Notes: generated from the sequence alone by a model not told the origin. DNA of 64,000 nucleotides from Paramoeba atlantica (GCA_977017575.1 CDRNVI010000002.1:930001-994000), one strand, 5' to 3'. Shown: positions 41,950-53,894, counted from the stretch's first letter. Made by a program: numbers and translations.

Positions 41950-43392
41950 ATGAAAATAGATATTCATGCCAAGAGAGCTTCCTACGCACAGCAGAGAGGA
42001 GCATCCTGTGAATTTAAACCTGAACGGCACGAACAGCCATCGAATGAGCCTAGGTATGTGCTTCCATCATCAGATTTGGATGACTGCGATAAAAATCAAA
42101 AGGTTGAAACTACAGTCACTCCGTGGGAGGTGCAAGGTGAAGTCGATTACGAAAAGTTGATTCGCGATTTTGGAAGTGAACCTATAACTGCGGATATGGT
42201 TGAAAGTCTTAAAATTTTGACAAACTCACGACCCCACCATTTCTTATCTCGTAACATTTTCTTTAGTCATCGTGATTTTCATCGTATTTTACAGGCACAC
42301 TCTAGTGGGACGCCTTTTTACCTGTATACAGGAAGAGGGCCTTCCTCCGAGGCCATGCATTTGGGTCACCTTGTCCCGTTTCTCTTTACAAAGTGGTTAC
42401 AAGACGTTTTTGACGTTCCTTTGGTGATACAAATTACGGATGACGAGAAGTACCTTTGGAAAGACATCACGATGGAGAAAATGGACCGCATCGCGCATGA
42501 AAACATTAAGGACATCATTGCTTTGGGTTTCAATCCCCAGAAAACGTTTATCTTTAAAAACTACGAATACCTTGGATCTATGTACCGCGTGGTGTCAAAG
42601 ATTCAACGCGGTGTCACTGCCTCCCAGGCGCGTAATTGCTTTGGCTTTCGTATGGAAGACAACATTGGAAAGTGGTCCTTCCCAGCCATTCAAGCCGCTC
42701 CCTCTTTTGCTGCAGCTTTTCCTCATCTCTTCCCAATGCCAGAAAAAGAACAGAGGAACGTACTGTGTCTCATTCCTTGTGCGATTGACCAGGACCCCTA
42801 CTTTCGTCTCACGCGGGATATTGCACCGAGGCTGGGGTGGCCCAAACCTGCGCTACTGCACAGCATCTTCTTCCCCGCTTTGGTCGGTCCACATACCAAG
42901 ATGAGTGCCTCCGCCTCTCACACGTGCATTTACCTCACCGATACACCGGAAATGATAAAAGATAAAATCTCTCGGTATGCTTTTAGTGGCGGGGGCGCGA
43001 CGCGTCGAGAGCATCTAACCCTTGGGGGGCACGCGGAGATAGACGTCCCGTTACAATGGCTGCGATTTTTTATGGAGGATGAGAATAAACTCGCGGAGCT
43101 CACCTGGGGGTACCGCACGGGACGAGTCTCCACGTCTGAAGTGAAGAAAGTGCTTATTGAGGTGCTGCAGAAAATAGTAGCGGAACATCAACGAGCTAGG
43201 GCATTGGTCACAGATGCTGATGTCAAATCATTTACTTGTGTGCTTTCAAACAAACCAAAGAATCAAGGAGAAAACGTGACCAACAGAACATCTGTTAACA
43301 AGAAATGTATGCGTGAGAAACTCACGAAGTTTTGGACTGCTGCATGTCTTCGTCTCAGCAAAAGCAAAGCATGCTTTCGGAATTTGATTTGA
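41950..43392 (+). CDS. WARS: Tryptophanyl-tRNA synthetase (eukaryotic type)
   Basis: YTGRGPSSEAMHLGH, QITDDEKYL, AIDQDPYFR, KMSAS. Confidence 0.95.
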   Translation: MKIDIHAKRASYAQQRGASCEFKPERHEQPSNEPRYVLPSSDLDDCDKNQKVETTVTPWEVQGEVDYEKLIRDFGSEPITADMVESLKILTNSRPHHFLSRNIFFSHRDFHRILQAHSSGTPFYLYTGRGPSSEAMHLGHLVPFLFTKWLQDVFDVPLVIQITDDEKYLWKDITMEKMDRIAHENIKDIIALGFNPQKTFIFKNYEYLGSMYRVVSKIQRGVTASQARNCFGFRMEDNIGKWSFPAIQAAPSFAAAFPHLFPMPEKEQRNVLCLIPCAIDQDPYFRLTRDIAPRLGWPKPALLHSIFFPALVGPHTKMSASASHTCIYLTDTPEMIKDKISRYAFSGGGATRREHLTLGGHAEIDVPLQWLRFFMEDENKLAELTWGYRTGRVSTSEVKKVLIEVLQKIVAEHQRARALVTDADVKSFTCVLSNKPKNQGENVTNRTSVNKKCMREKLTKFWTAACLRLSKSKACFRNLI

Positions 43393-43619
43393 TGTATTGT
43401 AGTTTTTTAGTCCATTGTCTGGAACAATGTCCACTGCTCATTTTAAATAAGCGTCTTGTCGGGTAAAAAATTATTTACCGTATTTTATGGACATGATACA
43501 CATTGCTTACTACGTGGAGAGCGTAAGTTCATAGTTTGAGTTAAATCTTTGAGTATCTGTTGCGGACAGAAGGATAATTTTCAAACGATACTTTTCTGTT
43601 AATGCATTGATCAACACAT

Positions 43620-43920
43620 CTTCCAGTGTAAACAACACAGGTACTGGCAGAGGTATTGAGTCTGGAAGCCTCGAAAGGATTCGAATCACTCAGCCTCCTT
43701 GGTAGCCACGAGGCACTTGGCCTTGAGGCTGAGGCCGATGCACTTAGTTTCCCTTCCTAGGGAAGACATTGCCTGAGCATACAAGGAGAGAGCAGCAATA
43801 GTTACATCAACCAAGTTGAAATCCGTGGAAAACTTGTCCGTGCATTTTTGTGTACCTATTTATAAAAGCATGAGGCCGAGGTGGTCCCCCTGCCTCAATC
43901 CCTTGCTGATGATAATCTTT
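43620..43920 (-). pseudogene. Non-LTR retrotransposon RT relic (CRE/SLACS-like)
   Basis: Manual translation: KGLRQGDHLGLMLL*IGT...FNLVDVTIA...IGLSLKAKC, matching G.RQG..LGP.LF, (Y)LDD and GL.LN..KC. Confidence 0.6.
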
Positions 43921-43943
43921 TCATCTCAAAATACTACCGTATA

Positions 43944-45720
43944 CGGGGGGGGGGGGGGGGCACGAAAACTAACAAGGTCCGCATTTTAGCGTCCTGAGGC
44001 CGTTTGAGCTGATTTTTGTCGCAAACGAGAGATCTCGTTCTGAATATCGTGTCTACACTATTTGGATCCCGTTTCTTCTCAAAAACAATTATTTACAAAA
44101 TACTGGAATTTTGGCCAAAATATTTTGCAAAAAGTACTGAAAAATGTAAAAAGGTTTATTTTTTCTTCTTTTTACCTTATTTTGGGCAAAGGGAATAGAT
44201 TAAAACGTCGCCAGCTATCACCAGAACAGTGTTCATATCTTGTGCACATTGTTTGTGCACACAAACAACTATTCCGGATACGGCACGTATGATGAACTGT
44301 TCAGAGAGCTCTGTTTCTCGGTACAAAGCTGCTATTCCAAAGGCCAAGGAATTGTTGAACGAATGTCACGAGGCGTGTGTAAACCATAGCTGTAAAATTG
44401 CGGTGGTTGTAAAACTACCGCTCTACACTCGATTATTGAAGAAAAAGTGAACAAAAACAGTGAAAATATAAAGGGGAACACAGTAATATAATAGAAGAAA
44501 AAAATATAAAAGGGGGCTCCGGTGGACCAAAACTGAAAAATTGAAAAAAATGGGGGGTCCAGGGGGGGGGTCATGGTCGAGCAAATTTTTTCGAAAAAAA
44601 TAGTTTTCGAAAAAAAAACGCAGAAAGGGTAGCCGGGGTCTTGGCGCGCATTTTCCACCCCCCTACCCGGGGGTGACCCCCCCGCGTATCCGCAGGACGG
44701 GTCCGCCAAGTTCGGATTTTTTCGGAAAAAAAATTTTGAAAAAAATTTCAACTTGGCGAAAAAAATGGCAAAAAAATATTTTTCCAAAATCGTTTCCCCT
44801 ATTGTATTTTGATAGTTTGGGACCTACACTAGCTTTCTCCGCAGTTGTTTTCGCAAGGTATCCCTTCTTCTAACCGTGGTGCGCCCCTCAAAATGACTCA
44901 TTTTTGACTATAAAAGGTGAAAAAGTATTTTTCGGACCCAAATGGGCCTTTTTGTGTCGAAAGAATGGTATGGTTGGAGTCGTATTCTCTACCCAATACG
45001 TTCAGTAGGGTTCATGCTTACGAGTGATTTCCCACACGAAAATGTCGGATTTAGTGCTCTGACAGCAAAAATACGCGAAAATCACCCCATTTTTACCCGA
45101 AATTCGGCTATTTTTGGCTATAATCTTTCCGTTTTTCAGGCTAAATTTTCTTTTTTAGGCTCTTCGTTAAACGCGGTGGTAGTTTTCAACGCGAAGAGCG
45201 CAGCATGAGTGACTTCTAAGTTGAAAACAACCACCGCGTTTAACGAAGAGCCTAAAAAAGAATTGAAAAAAAAGTGAACAAAAACAGTGAAAATTTCAGT
45301 AATCATGTTAATTTATTAATAATTATTAATAATTGACCCTTTCTTTTAATAATAATTATTCATAATTATTATTAAAATTATTAATACAGCTATGGCGTAA
45401 ACACGCTAAAGAGACACCCCACGCGCCTCGCTACACTACGTGCGCGTGGAGGTGGGAATACTGGCTATTAAGACCTACTTTCTGGGTACTTTTTGGGCCG
45501 TGGTACGTAAAAATTACGAATTTTACCCGTTTTTCAATTTGCAAAATCTTTAAATTTTCACTTTTGTAACTCATTGGAAACGTTTTCCGGTGAACGTTTT
45601 TGTATTTTAAATAGCGTAGACACGATATTCAGAACGAGATCTCTCGTTTGCGACAAAAATCAGCTCAAACGACCTCAGTACGCTAAAATGCGGACCTTGT
45701 CAGTTTTCGTGCCCCCCCTG
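43944..45720. mobile_element. TA-flanked non-autonomous TIR element (Tc1/mariner-type ends)
   Basis: ~120-bp TIRs (Gn-CACGAAAACT...CGTGTCTAC) at 43944-44060 and 45608-45720. TA at 43942-43 and 45721-22. Confidence 0.85.
44397..45256 (+). mobile_element. Hairpin-ended module (Helentron/HINE-like), copy A
   Basis: Starts GCGGTGGTTGTAAAACTACCGC and ends in a ~40-bp stem (45151-45190 / 45220-45259). Alignable to 47567-48482 in inverted orientation. Confidence 0.7.
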
Positions 45721-46011
45721 TATATCCCTCAGTAATACCTAGTGTACCTACCTATCTACCTACTCGAAAAAACTTTCATTTGTTTTCCCCCTATTTTACA
45801 TCTTAAGTAAATTGTTTTATTATTTTAAGTTACCTTACAGTACTAATCGAATTTTCATAAAACCATGCTCACTTTACATGGCTTTAGTGTAAGCGCTTCA
45901 AACAAATGTATGTCATTGCTTCGCGATGATTGCAGCACTTTTTCTTGGGCCTTTGGTTCAAAACAAAGCGCACACGAAGCTTAACATTATGATCATTCAA
46001 AATCTGTAGTC

Positions 46012-46383
46012 ATGATGCCTCTTTTAAAACGAACGATTTCTATGAGAGATGATCTAGCCATATCTCTTTTAGTTAAGTTGAGGAAGGATCATAAGACGCC
46101 GTGTTCCCACCCTTCTCCTTGTCGAATAACAAAAGACTCTTCACCGATATTGGACCAGCGCGCCATTTCTTGCCCTTTACAATACCATAGCACATGCATG
46201 AACAAAAGTGGACTGATTGCTCCAAGTTCCCCACTTTGCGGTGGTTATGAACTTCTACAAACTATAGATTCGGATTACTTTACTTTTGACATTAGATCAG
46301 AAAATGAAGCAGCTGGTGCTCATGCATTGATGAAAATCCATGGTTTTCTTGGCAAGCTAGAGGGGAGCTTATCTCCTGTGTAA
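46012..46383 (+). CDS. Hypothetical ORF or gene fragment
   Basis: 123-aa ORF on the coding strand between elements. No firm homology. Confidence 0.3.
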   Translation: MMPLLKRTISMRDDLAISLLVKLRKDHKTPCSHPSPCRITKDSSPILDQRAISCPLQYHSTCMNKSGLIAPSSPLCGGYELLQTIDSDYFTFDIRSENEAAGAHALMKIHGFLGKLEGSLSPV

Positions 46384-46639
46384 GTCGAAATCATGTACTT
46401 TGAACCATCTAACGGAAATGTGTGGTGCTCATTATCTCGTTTTCTTATAACGTGGGTAGTGTTTACTGCAACGTCATAAATGCTATTTACGCTTGCATAT
46501 CCATGTTTTTTTATGAATCTCTGATAAAATTTTTTAGTGAAACTACAATTTAACTAATTAGATATTTCTTTCCGCGTACCGTTGCTGATACTGTTGTAGG
46601 TTCGGATTTCTTGCTTCCAGCTTTTTGTATTAAAAATCA

Positions 46640-47145
46640 CTGTCCCCCCTACTTAAGAGTCCTTTTTGACGGAGCCTCGGGCTGCCTGCGGCGCGAAACG
46701 CCGCCAGATTTTTTTCTTTTTCTTTGATTTTTTTAGTTGTCTTCCCGTTGCGTTTAGTTGCATTTTTAGTATTTCCAAACTATTTATACTTGATGGTACT
46801 CCAAGGAAGGAGCAGACTACGGGCAGGCATGGTACACAACCATCCTCCTCAACCCCCTTCAACTCTCTCGCGAAATGATCGAAGTAATTTTATCAAATTC
46901 ATAAAATTTACCACTCCTCATGTGAGTGCGCAACGGGGAAGTATGGTCAGGACCTCCTCGTGGTCTTCCCTGGCACTGCTATCTTATCGATAATACAGAC
47001 GCCGACCTTCATTAGACAAAAAGTAGAGAAAAAAACATAGACAAAAAAGGAACCGGCCATATTGAAATTTTATGAAAAAATGCTGACCCCCCCACTTAAG
47101 AGTCCAAATGCCCAAAATCGGCGGACTCTTAAGTGGGGGGGACAG
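46640..47145. mobile_element. MITE with 23-bp TIR
   Basis: CTGTCCCCCCTACTTAAGAGTCC / GGACTCTTAAGTGGGGGGGACAG (1 mismatch). Right flank TA, left CA. Extra internal TIR copy at ~47083-47105 forms a hairpin. Confidence 0.75.
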
Positions 47146-47232
47146 TATGTCAAAGTGGTAAAGTGGTGGAATACTGTCTCCCCCGTTTATGTGGAGCCTC
47201 TTGACTTCCGCGCAATATTTTACTAGCAATTA

Positions 47233-48505
47233 CACCCCCGCCAAAAAGTATTGTTCACAAAAATGGCCTACACAAAAGTATTGTATTTAATAGTGTCGAC
47301 CATTTTTTTGAGTTTTGACCTGAATTTTAGTTGTTTTTTTCGAATTTTCAGGAAATTAGCATAATGAGTTCTGATATACGCGGCCACTTGATCACCTCGA
47401 GGGAAGCTGAGTGATTTCTCTCCTATTTTTGTGCTTCACTATACGTTTACACAGATCCGATATGATAATGTCCAACTTTTTGGAGGCCAGTGGAAAATCG
47501 TGAAAATCGACAAAAAGCATTGTATTTATTAGTATCGATCAAACATTCGTGGTCGATACCAATAAATTTAGGCTCTTCGTTAAACGCGGTGGTTATTTTC
47601 AACTTCAAAGTCACTCATGCTGCGCTCTTCGCGTTGAAAACTACCACCGCGTTTAACGAAGAGCCTAAAAAAGAAAGTTTGGCATGGAAAGCTGAAGAAA
47701 ACAGAAAGATTGTAGCCAAAAATAGCCGAGTTTCGTGTAAAAATGGGGTCATTTTTGGGTATTTTGGAGCACTAAATCCGACATTTTCGTGTGGGAAATC
47801 ACTCGTAAGCATGAACCCTACTGAACGTATTGGGTAGAGAATACGACTCCAACCATACCATTCTTTCGACACAAAAAGGCCCCTTTAGGTCCGAAAAATA
47901 CTTTTTCACCTTTTTCGGTCAAAAATGGGTCATTTTGAGGGGCATACCACGGCTCGAAGAAGAGATACCTGGCGAAAACAACTGCGGAGAAAGCTAGTGT
48001 AGGGCCCAAACTCTCAAAATACAATAGGGGAAACGATTTTGTAAAAAAAAAAATTGCCATTTTTTTCGCCAAGTTCAAATTTTTTCAATTTTTTTTTCCG
48101 AAAAAATTCGAATTTGGCGGATCCATCCTGCGGATACGCGGGGGGGTCACCCACGGGTAGGGGGTGGAAAATACGCGCCAAGACCCGGCCTACCGCTTCT
48201 GCGGGTTTTTTTAGAAAAATATTTTTTTCAAAAAAAAAATCGTGCGGTAACCCCTCTAGGACCCCTCTAGACCCCCCCCATGGACCCCCCCTGGACCCCC
48301 CCATGGACCCCCCCCTAGACCCCCCATTTTTTTCAAATTTTATTTTCGATTTTGGACCACCGGAGCCCCCTTCTATATTTTTTTCTTCGATTATATTATT
48401 GTGTTCCTCTTTATATTTTCACTGTTTTTCACTTTTTTTTCAATAATCGAGGGTAGAGCGGTAGTTATACAACCACCGCAATTACAATACGTTTTGGCGG
48501 GGGTG
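47233..48505. mobile_element. TA-flanked non-autonomous TIR element
   Basis: TA|CACCCCCGCCAAAAAGTATTG ... CAATACGTTTTGGCGGGGGTG|TA. Confidence 0.85.
47567..48482 (-). mobile_element. Hairpin-ended module, copy B
   Basis: Inverted copy of 44397-45256 with an expanded ~12-13-bp minisatellite at ~48250-48325. Sits in the right end of the 47233-48505 element with no TSD. Confidence 0.75.
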
Positions 48506-48616
48506 TATATGCAGTCGGATTCTCGCACAACTTTTTTAGCTTATCGAATTTTAATAATCTTTTATGTACGAAAGAACTTTTGTTCCTGTGTTCTTATTGT
48601 TAACTTCTTTATTGGT

Positions 48617-49318
48617 ATGAACGCTGCTGGCATCAGTTGTAAGGATCCGTTTCCATGTGAAACAGAAATGACTGGCAGTGGTAATAGCTTACACTCTACT
48701 GAAGGTTTAGGAAGCAATCAACAAAGTGTATCCCGGGCAGGAAAAGTCAGGAAGTCCACATTGCCGCAGGAATTCCAACTCTTCCGTGTTGTCAAGAATG
48801 TGCGAAACACGCACAGTTCTTGGTTGGACACCGTACCGATATGTGAGTGGAGCGGAGTCATTTGCGAAGATGGACAGGCAAAAGAAATATATTGGGGGTG
48901 GCGCGACTTGTCGGGAACAATAGATTTTGAGTCCTTGCCTCACTCTTTAAATGCGTTTTCCGTTTGCACAAATGATCTCTCCGGGAACGTAGCTTTCGAG
49001 AATCTGCCACAAGTTCAGTATTTTAGCTTAACCAAAAATGCCTTCTCAGGTACTCCAGTGATCGAATATCTCTCAAATAATTTAATTGTGCTATTTCTAA
49101 GTTACAACGATCTTGAAGGTTTCGTCGATTTTACGACCCTTCCCACATCTTTGAAAGAATTATGGTTACGGGCAAACGAAAAGTTGACCGGTGATTTGGA
49201 CATTCCAAAACTTCCACTTTTGCTTCAGTATGATGTGGCATGGACTAGCATTACAGTATCAAATGGAAGGGAAAATAGATGGCTTTCGACTCCCTTAAAA
49301 CATGGCTTGCTCTGGTAG
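48617..49318 (+). CDS. Short LRR protein, copy 6
   Basis: RAGKVRKSTLPQE...SWLDTVPICEWSGVIC followed by LRRs. Confidence 0.85.
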   Translation: MNAAGISCKDPFPCETEMTGSGNSLHSTEGLGSNQQSVSRAGKVRKSTLPQEFQLFRVVKNVRNTHSSWLDTVPICEWSGVICEDGQAKEIYWGWRDLSGTIDFESLPHSLNAFSVCTNDLSGNVAFENLPQVQYFSLTKNAFSGTPVIEYLSNNLIVLFLSYNDLEGFVDFTTLPTSLKELWLRANEKLTGDLDIPKLPLLLQYDVAWTSITVSNGRENRWLSTPLKHGLLW

Positions 49319-49655
49319 AAAAGGAGTGTTGTCTTTTATAGTCTATATACACAATTTTTGTCTTTTACAGTCTACTACATGAACATGCATAGGGTTTGGT
49401 TGATTATTGTGCACGTCACAAGTCTTGAATCAGTATCAGGTGGAATATTTCGCACCTTGTTTGAGGCGAATATTCCATCAGGTATTTGTTAGTCGCACCT
49501 GTTCATAGTCACAACTTATAAATTCATAGTCACAATTTATAAAGTCACCCTATTCCCAACATTTACTAATGACTATCATATTTCTCATTTTCCATTATCC
49601 AATCTCATTTTTACGTTTTTTTTTCGTTTTTACCTCTCTCCTTTCTTCACCCTAC

Positions 49656-50480
49656 ATGGCATCCACCATTCCCTCCCCCGAGGCCCTCTTAACACTGGGT
49701 CAGTCTATGAACCTGGAGCGCTTTCTCCAGCTCCCCCGTGCGCATCGCGTCGCGGTCATCCCCTACTGCTCAGTCGAGGTCCGGCGTGAGATCGCGGCCC
49801 TGGCTAAGGAACCCTCGGCGGCCGTTGCCGAGGCCCCCGAAGACTCCACCCCGGAACTCTCCCTGCTCGACTTCAACAAATCCCCTGAAATCCTGACGCT
49901 TCACCGCGGGCCGACGGGCATCCATGCCGTTGCCGCGCGTGATCTCCGTGCGGGAGAAGAAATATATACCCTCCGAGGCCCTGTGCTGCCGTACGCAACC
50001 ATCTTTACCCTCCAGGTCACCCAGGGACTTCACATGAACCCCTATGATGGCTCCGAGTTCATTGCCCATGGGTGCCGTCCGAATATTCAGGTCGTGGTGG
50101 ATGAGCTCCCGGAGGGACCAAAGTGTGCGATCGGGCCCGAAGGTATCGAGGTCGCGAACAAGAATGAGACCCAGGACTTTATTCTCACTCACCCCTACGT
50201 GTTGCGCTGGATCACGTTGTGTGATATTCCTAAAGGTGCGAGTTTGAGTTTTAACTATCTAACGACGGAGTACGTCATGGATAAGCCCTTTGATTGCCTC
50301 TGTGGAGTGATGAAAACCGGAGACGTCTCTGGTGGAGGTCACCCGGAAGGGATTACGTGCTTTGGGAATATTAGTGGCTTCAAGTTTCTAAGTGCGCAAG
50401 ATCGTGCCGCGTTGGCCCCGTATATTACGCCAGTCGTAAAGCAGGCTGCAATTGCGGAGGGATTATTGAGTCAACCGTGA
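49656..50480 (+). CDS. SET + post-SET domain protein
   Basis: GIHAVAARDLRAGEEI, FIAHGCRPN, DIPKGASLSFNY, FDCLCG. Confidence 0.8.
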   Translation: MASTIPSPEALLTLGQSMNLERFLQLPRAHRVAVIPYCSVEVRREIAALAKEPSAAVAEAPEDSTPELSLLDFNKSPEILTLHRGPTGIHAVAARDLRAGEEIYTLRGPVLPYATIFTLQVTQGLHMNPYDGSEFIAHGCRPNIQVVVDELPEGPKCAIGPEGIEVANKNETQDFILTHPYVLRWITLCDIPKGASLSFNYLTTEYVMDKPFDCLCGVMKTGDVSGGGHPEGITCFGNISGFKFLSAQDRAALAPYITPVVKQAAIAEGLLSQP

Positions 50481-51185
50481 GTGAGAACAAAATAGAGAAA
50501 CTTGTAGTAAATTATTGTAGATTGACTGCAGTAGAAATACTTTTTGGACCTCCTTAATAAAAATGAATGATTTTCCATAAATATTCTCTTTTGCTTCTTT
50601 CACTTTTGCCACAGTTGGCTTAACAATATTTTTTCTTTTTTAATCCTTTTCAACATAACACCGCTACTGGATTAACCTAACTCATGCGTAGCAAAATTGT
50701 TTCTTGTGACCAATACTAAATAAACTTTATAATGCATCGCAGAAAAACGATTTAATACCTCCTATGTCGCTAATTCATAAATAGTTCTGAAACGTACACG
50801 TATTCACAACAAAGTTTTAACCATGGAAATTCTTTTAAAAATATTTTTTGTTGACTGTTATAAAGGCATTATTTTGGTTTATTGGCTTTTATACACAAAT
50901 TTTTAATTATCTGGCGTTCATTTGAAGGTTTGTCGAATCTTGTTTTGCTAACCTTATAACAACAAGGTAAAAGTACAAAAGAGTTAAAAAAATCGAGTGA
51001 TTGCAATCCGGAGGTACAAAAATAATGACTTGTTATTTTTCTATTATTAAGAAACAATCTCTATCCTATATGGCATTGAAAACTTTGGTCGCATGGCATT
51101 GAATTTTTTACTTGCACTTATTTTTTGGTATCCCTTTCGTCATTACCTTTTGGTAAATAAATTTGTTTTTCTACACATTACTCTT

Positions 51186-52007
51186 ATGGGATTTCTAGAC
51201 GACTCGTCAGCATCCAACAAAGCGCTCTTACAATGGTACCGACAGGAGATCGAGAGATTACAAAAAGTAGTAAGCGATCTGACCGCCGAAAATGCGCATC
51301 AACGTACCATTTATCATAGGCAAATTGAACAAACTCTCGCACAGCATTTGCAGCAAACTCCAAAAAGCACACTTGTCGATGTCAAACGCCTGCTAAAGGA
51401 CTTTCGGAGTGCTTTCGGGTCACAGAAAAATAATTCGGTACCTTCATCAACTGCAACGGCTACTGTTGACTCCGTTTGTTCTAAAACTTTAAAGCCCGGA
51501 TCCCATACGCTGCACACATCGATCCGATCTCAACCCTGTGCACCTTCGCCGAAGGATACTCAACGTCTTTTAGGAAAACTTGCGCTACATCTAAAACGAG
51601 GTCGAGAAATCGATAGAATGAATTGCTCTGAAAAAATCTGTGAGGAGAAACTGGAAGCGGAAGCCAATGTGCCTTCCGAACATGAGCGTCCTTGCTATTC
51701 CTACAAAAAACACCGACCCATGGAGCTCCTGCAACGTGCAGTCTCTCTCCCACGAAATACGACAACTGAGACTCAGGCACCCTCTTATCTTTTTGAAGCC
51801 TTGCTCGCTTCCACAGCGTCTCGTTCGGTTAGCCAAGTACCATCTGACTTTTCTTCTACCGCACCTCACCAGGGAAATTCTCGTCGCTGCGGTACGGTGG
51901 GTCGACGTGTGCCCACTCCCTCCCCCACACCTTGTCGACGAAGCGTGACTCCTCCCACTTCCCATAACCGTGGAAGCGCTCCGCGCGAACTAAACGTGGA
52001 TGCTTAG
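51186..52007 (+). CDS. Hypothetical protein with N-terminal coiled coil
   Basis: 274-aa ORF from ATG 51186, on the coding strand. Confidence 0.6.
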   Translation: MGFLDDSSASNKALLQWYRQEIERLQKVVSDLTAENAHQRTIYHRQIEQTLAQHLQQTPKSTLVDVKRLLKDFRSAFGSQKNNSVPSSTATATVDSVCSKTLKPGSHTLHTSIRSQPCAPSPKDTQRLLGKLALHLKRGREIDRMNCSEKICEEKLEAEANVPSEHERPCYSYKKHRPMELLQRAVSLPRNTTTETQAPSYLFEALLASTASRSVSQVPSDFSSTAPHQGNSRRCGTVGRRVPTPSPTPCRRSVTPPTSHNRGSAPRELNVDA

Positions 52008-52342
52008 ATCAAAGGCGAAAGACAAACAATCATCATAAAAACAAGTACTTCCTCGTTTAGTTTCTTCAAAATATTTTTTGTTATCCGCCTTTTTTTGTTT
52101 CTGGTCGACAAGTTTACTACGTTGAGGTTTACTACGTTGGGTTTTTTAGCCGACTAATGAGACAATCGTGTGATACATACAATTGTACCCATAGCACACG
52201 AATAGTAAAGAATGTATCATCATCTTGACTTTAACTTTTTTTTGTTTGCGATAAAATAGCTCAATATTAAGTATTCTGTAAATCTTATTCCGTTATTCTT
52301 ATTGAAGAATCTCTCTAAAATCCACTTGTTAATTTCTCCTAA

Positions 52343-52567
52343 ATGGCTGCTCCTGCTAAAAAGGCTGTGAAAAAGACCGTTAAAAAGGCGAAGAAGCCCG
52401 TCGTTAAATCACGAAAAGTACAAGCCAAGCGAGCAGTAAAGTCCAAGAAAGCCAGTCCGGCCAAGAAATCGGCTACTAAAAGCAAGAAAAGCCCTGTCTC
52501 GAAGAAGAGTCCCGTGATTAAAAAGAAGTCGTCTCCCAAAACTAGTGCAAAGAAGACTAAAAAATAG
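52343..52567 (+). CDS. Histone H1-like lysine-rich protein 1
   Basis: K/A/P/V/S-rich, no globular domain, core SRKVQAKRAVKSKK. Confidence 0.8.
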   Translation: MAAPAKKAVKKTVKKAKKPVVKSRKVQAKRAVKSKKASPAKKSATKSKKSPVSKKSPVIKKKSSPKTSAKKTKK

Positions 52568-53109
52568 GAAAAGTCGAGAAACTCTTAGTTCAAACGATTC
52601 CTAGAACCGAAAGAAAGCTGTGTCCTTAAAATTTAACACAAATTTGTTCTTTAAAATATACAAAAATATTTTTATGCAACATAGGCTATGATATGAAGTG
52701 CTATGATAGCACTTACAATATAAATCATAACAAGTCAACTGTAGATCTGTAGTTGGACCAGCGTAATAGTAGTAAAAAACTCTCGCTGCTTTTTAATCAT
52801 CGGTAAAAACCATCGGTAAAAAAAAGTAAATATAATATGTATTATGTTTTGTAGTTTCTTTTATATACATGTATAAACTAGTGTGTGTTTTGACATTCAC
52901 CCTTTATCGAATTTAGAAAGTTGTGCAATTATCGAACTTCAATTAAAGCGTGGCTAAGAAAAGCCATTTATCCAGGTACTATCCAGGCAACGATAGGTTA
53001 AATTTTTCTTTAACATGTTTCTTGCATTTTTCGTGTCGTTTCAATAGTTACGATTGAAAAAGATGTAGTATTGGTATATTTTTATCTTTTGTTTTTCATT
53101 TGTAGCATA

Positions 53110-53367
53110 ATGACTGCTCCTGTTAAAAAAATTGTGAAAAAGAGCGCGAAGAAACCGGTAGCTCCAAAGAAACAGGTCTCAAAACCACGTAAAGTACAGG
53201 CTAAGCGCATTGTAAAGTCTAAGAAAACGAATTCAGTCAAGAAAGCATCAACTAGAAAGAGTCCGGTCCCAAAGAAGAAGTCAGCTACTAAAAAAACAAC
53301 TGTTAAAAAAGGTTCGGCTAAAAAGAAATCTTCCCCAAAATCTACCGCAAAAAAGTCGAAGAAGTAG
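53110..53367 (+). CDS. Histone H1-like protein 2
   Basis: Core PRKVQAKRIVKSKK. Confidence 0.8.
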   Translation: MTAPVKKIVKKSAKKPVAPKKQVSKPRKVQAKRIVKSKKTNSVKKASTRKSPVPKKKSATKKTTVKKGSAKKKSSPKSTAKKSKK

Positions 53368-53894
53368 TGTAGTGCATTAAGGTATCTTAATCGAGATATT
53401 CTGTGTATATTAAGTTTTTTTAGCAATCTTCCTTTTTTATAGTGTCAAAAGTAGATTTTCTCTTAAGATTCTAAAAATCTTTTCTCGTAATTTTCACAGG
53501 TTACATGCCTTTTACGAGCGTGATAGGAGCTGTATTTTTCTTAATGTATTGTATGTAGTGTTTGCTCAACGCTGTTTTTAAGCCGAATAATTTCGTAAGA
53601 ATGATACATTATTAAATATTTACAATGGTTTTCCGCATACAATATAAACTTATAGGTTTTGGTGAATTCAACCTATTTAAAGGTATCAATACTGACAAGG
53701 ATACATAAAAATGCGCTTTTCACAAGGATCGTACTTGATTCCAGACCTTGTTTTCACCTCATTAGCTGTCTTCAATCGTGTCTTTAGTTTATTGAAACTT
53801 GTATATTTTTGAAAGCATGCACTTGGTATGTAAGGTCACTGGTGTTCTCGTCTGTTTATTATTGTTATTATTCTCTTTGTAAACTTAGAATTCA

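Noticed and set aside
43945-43960. 16-G run as a functional motif
   Set aside because: The matching TIR has 7 C; likely homopolymer slippage or a sequencing artefact.
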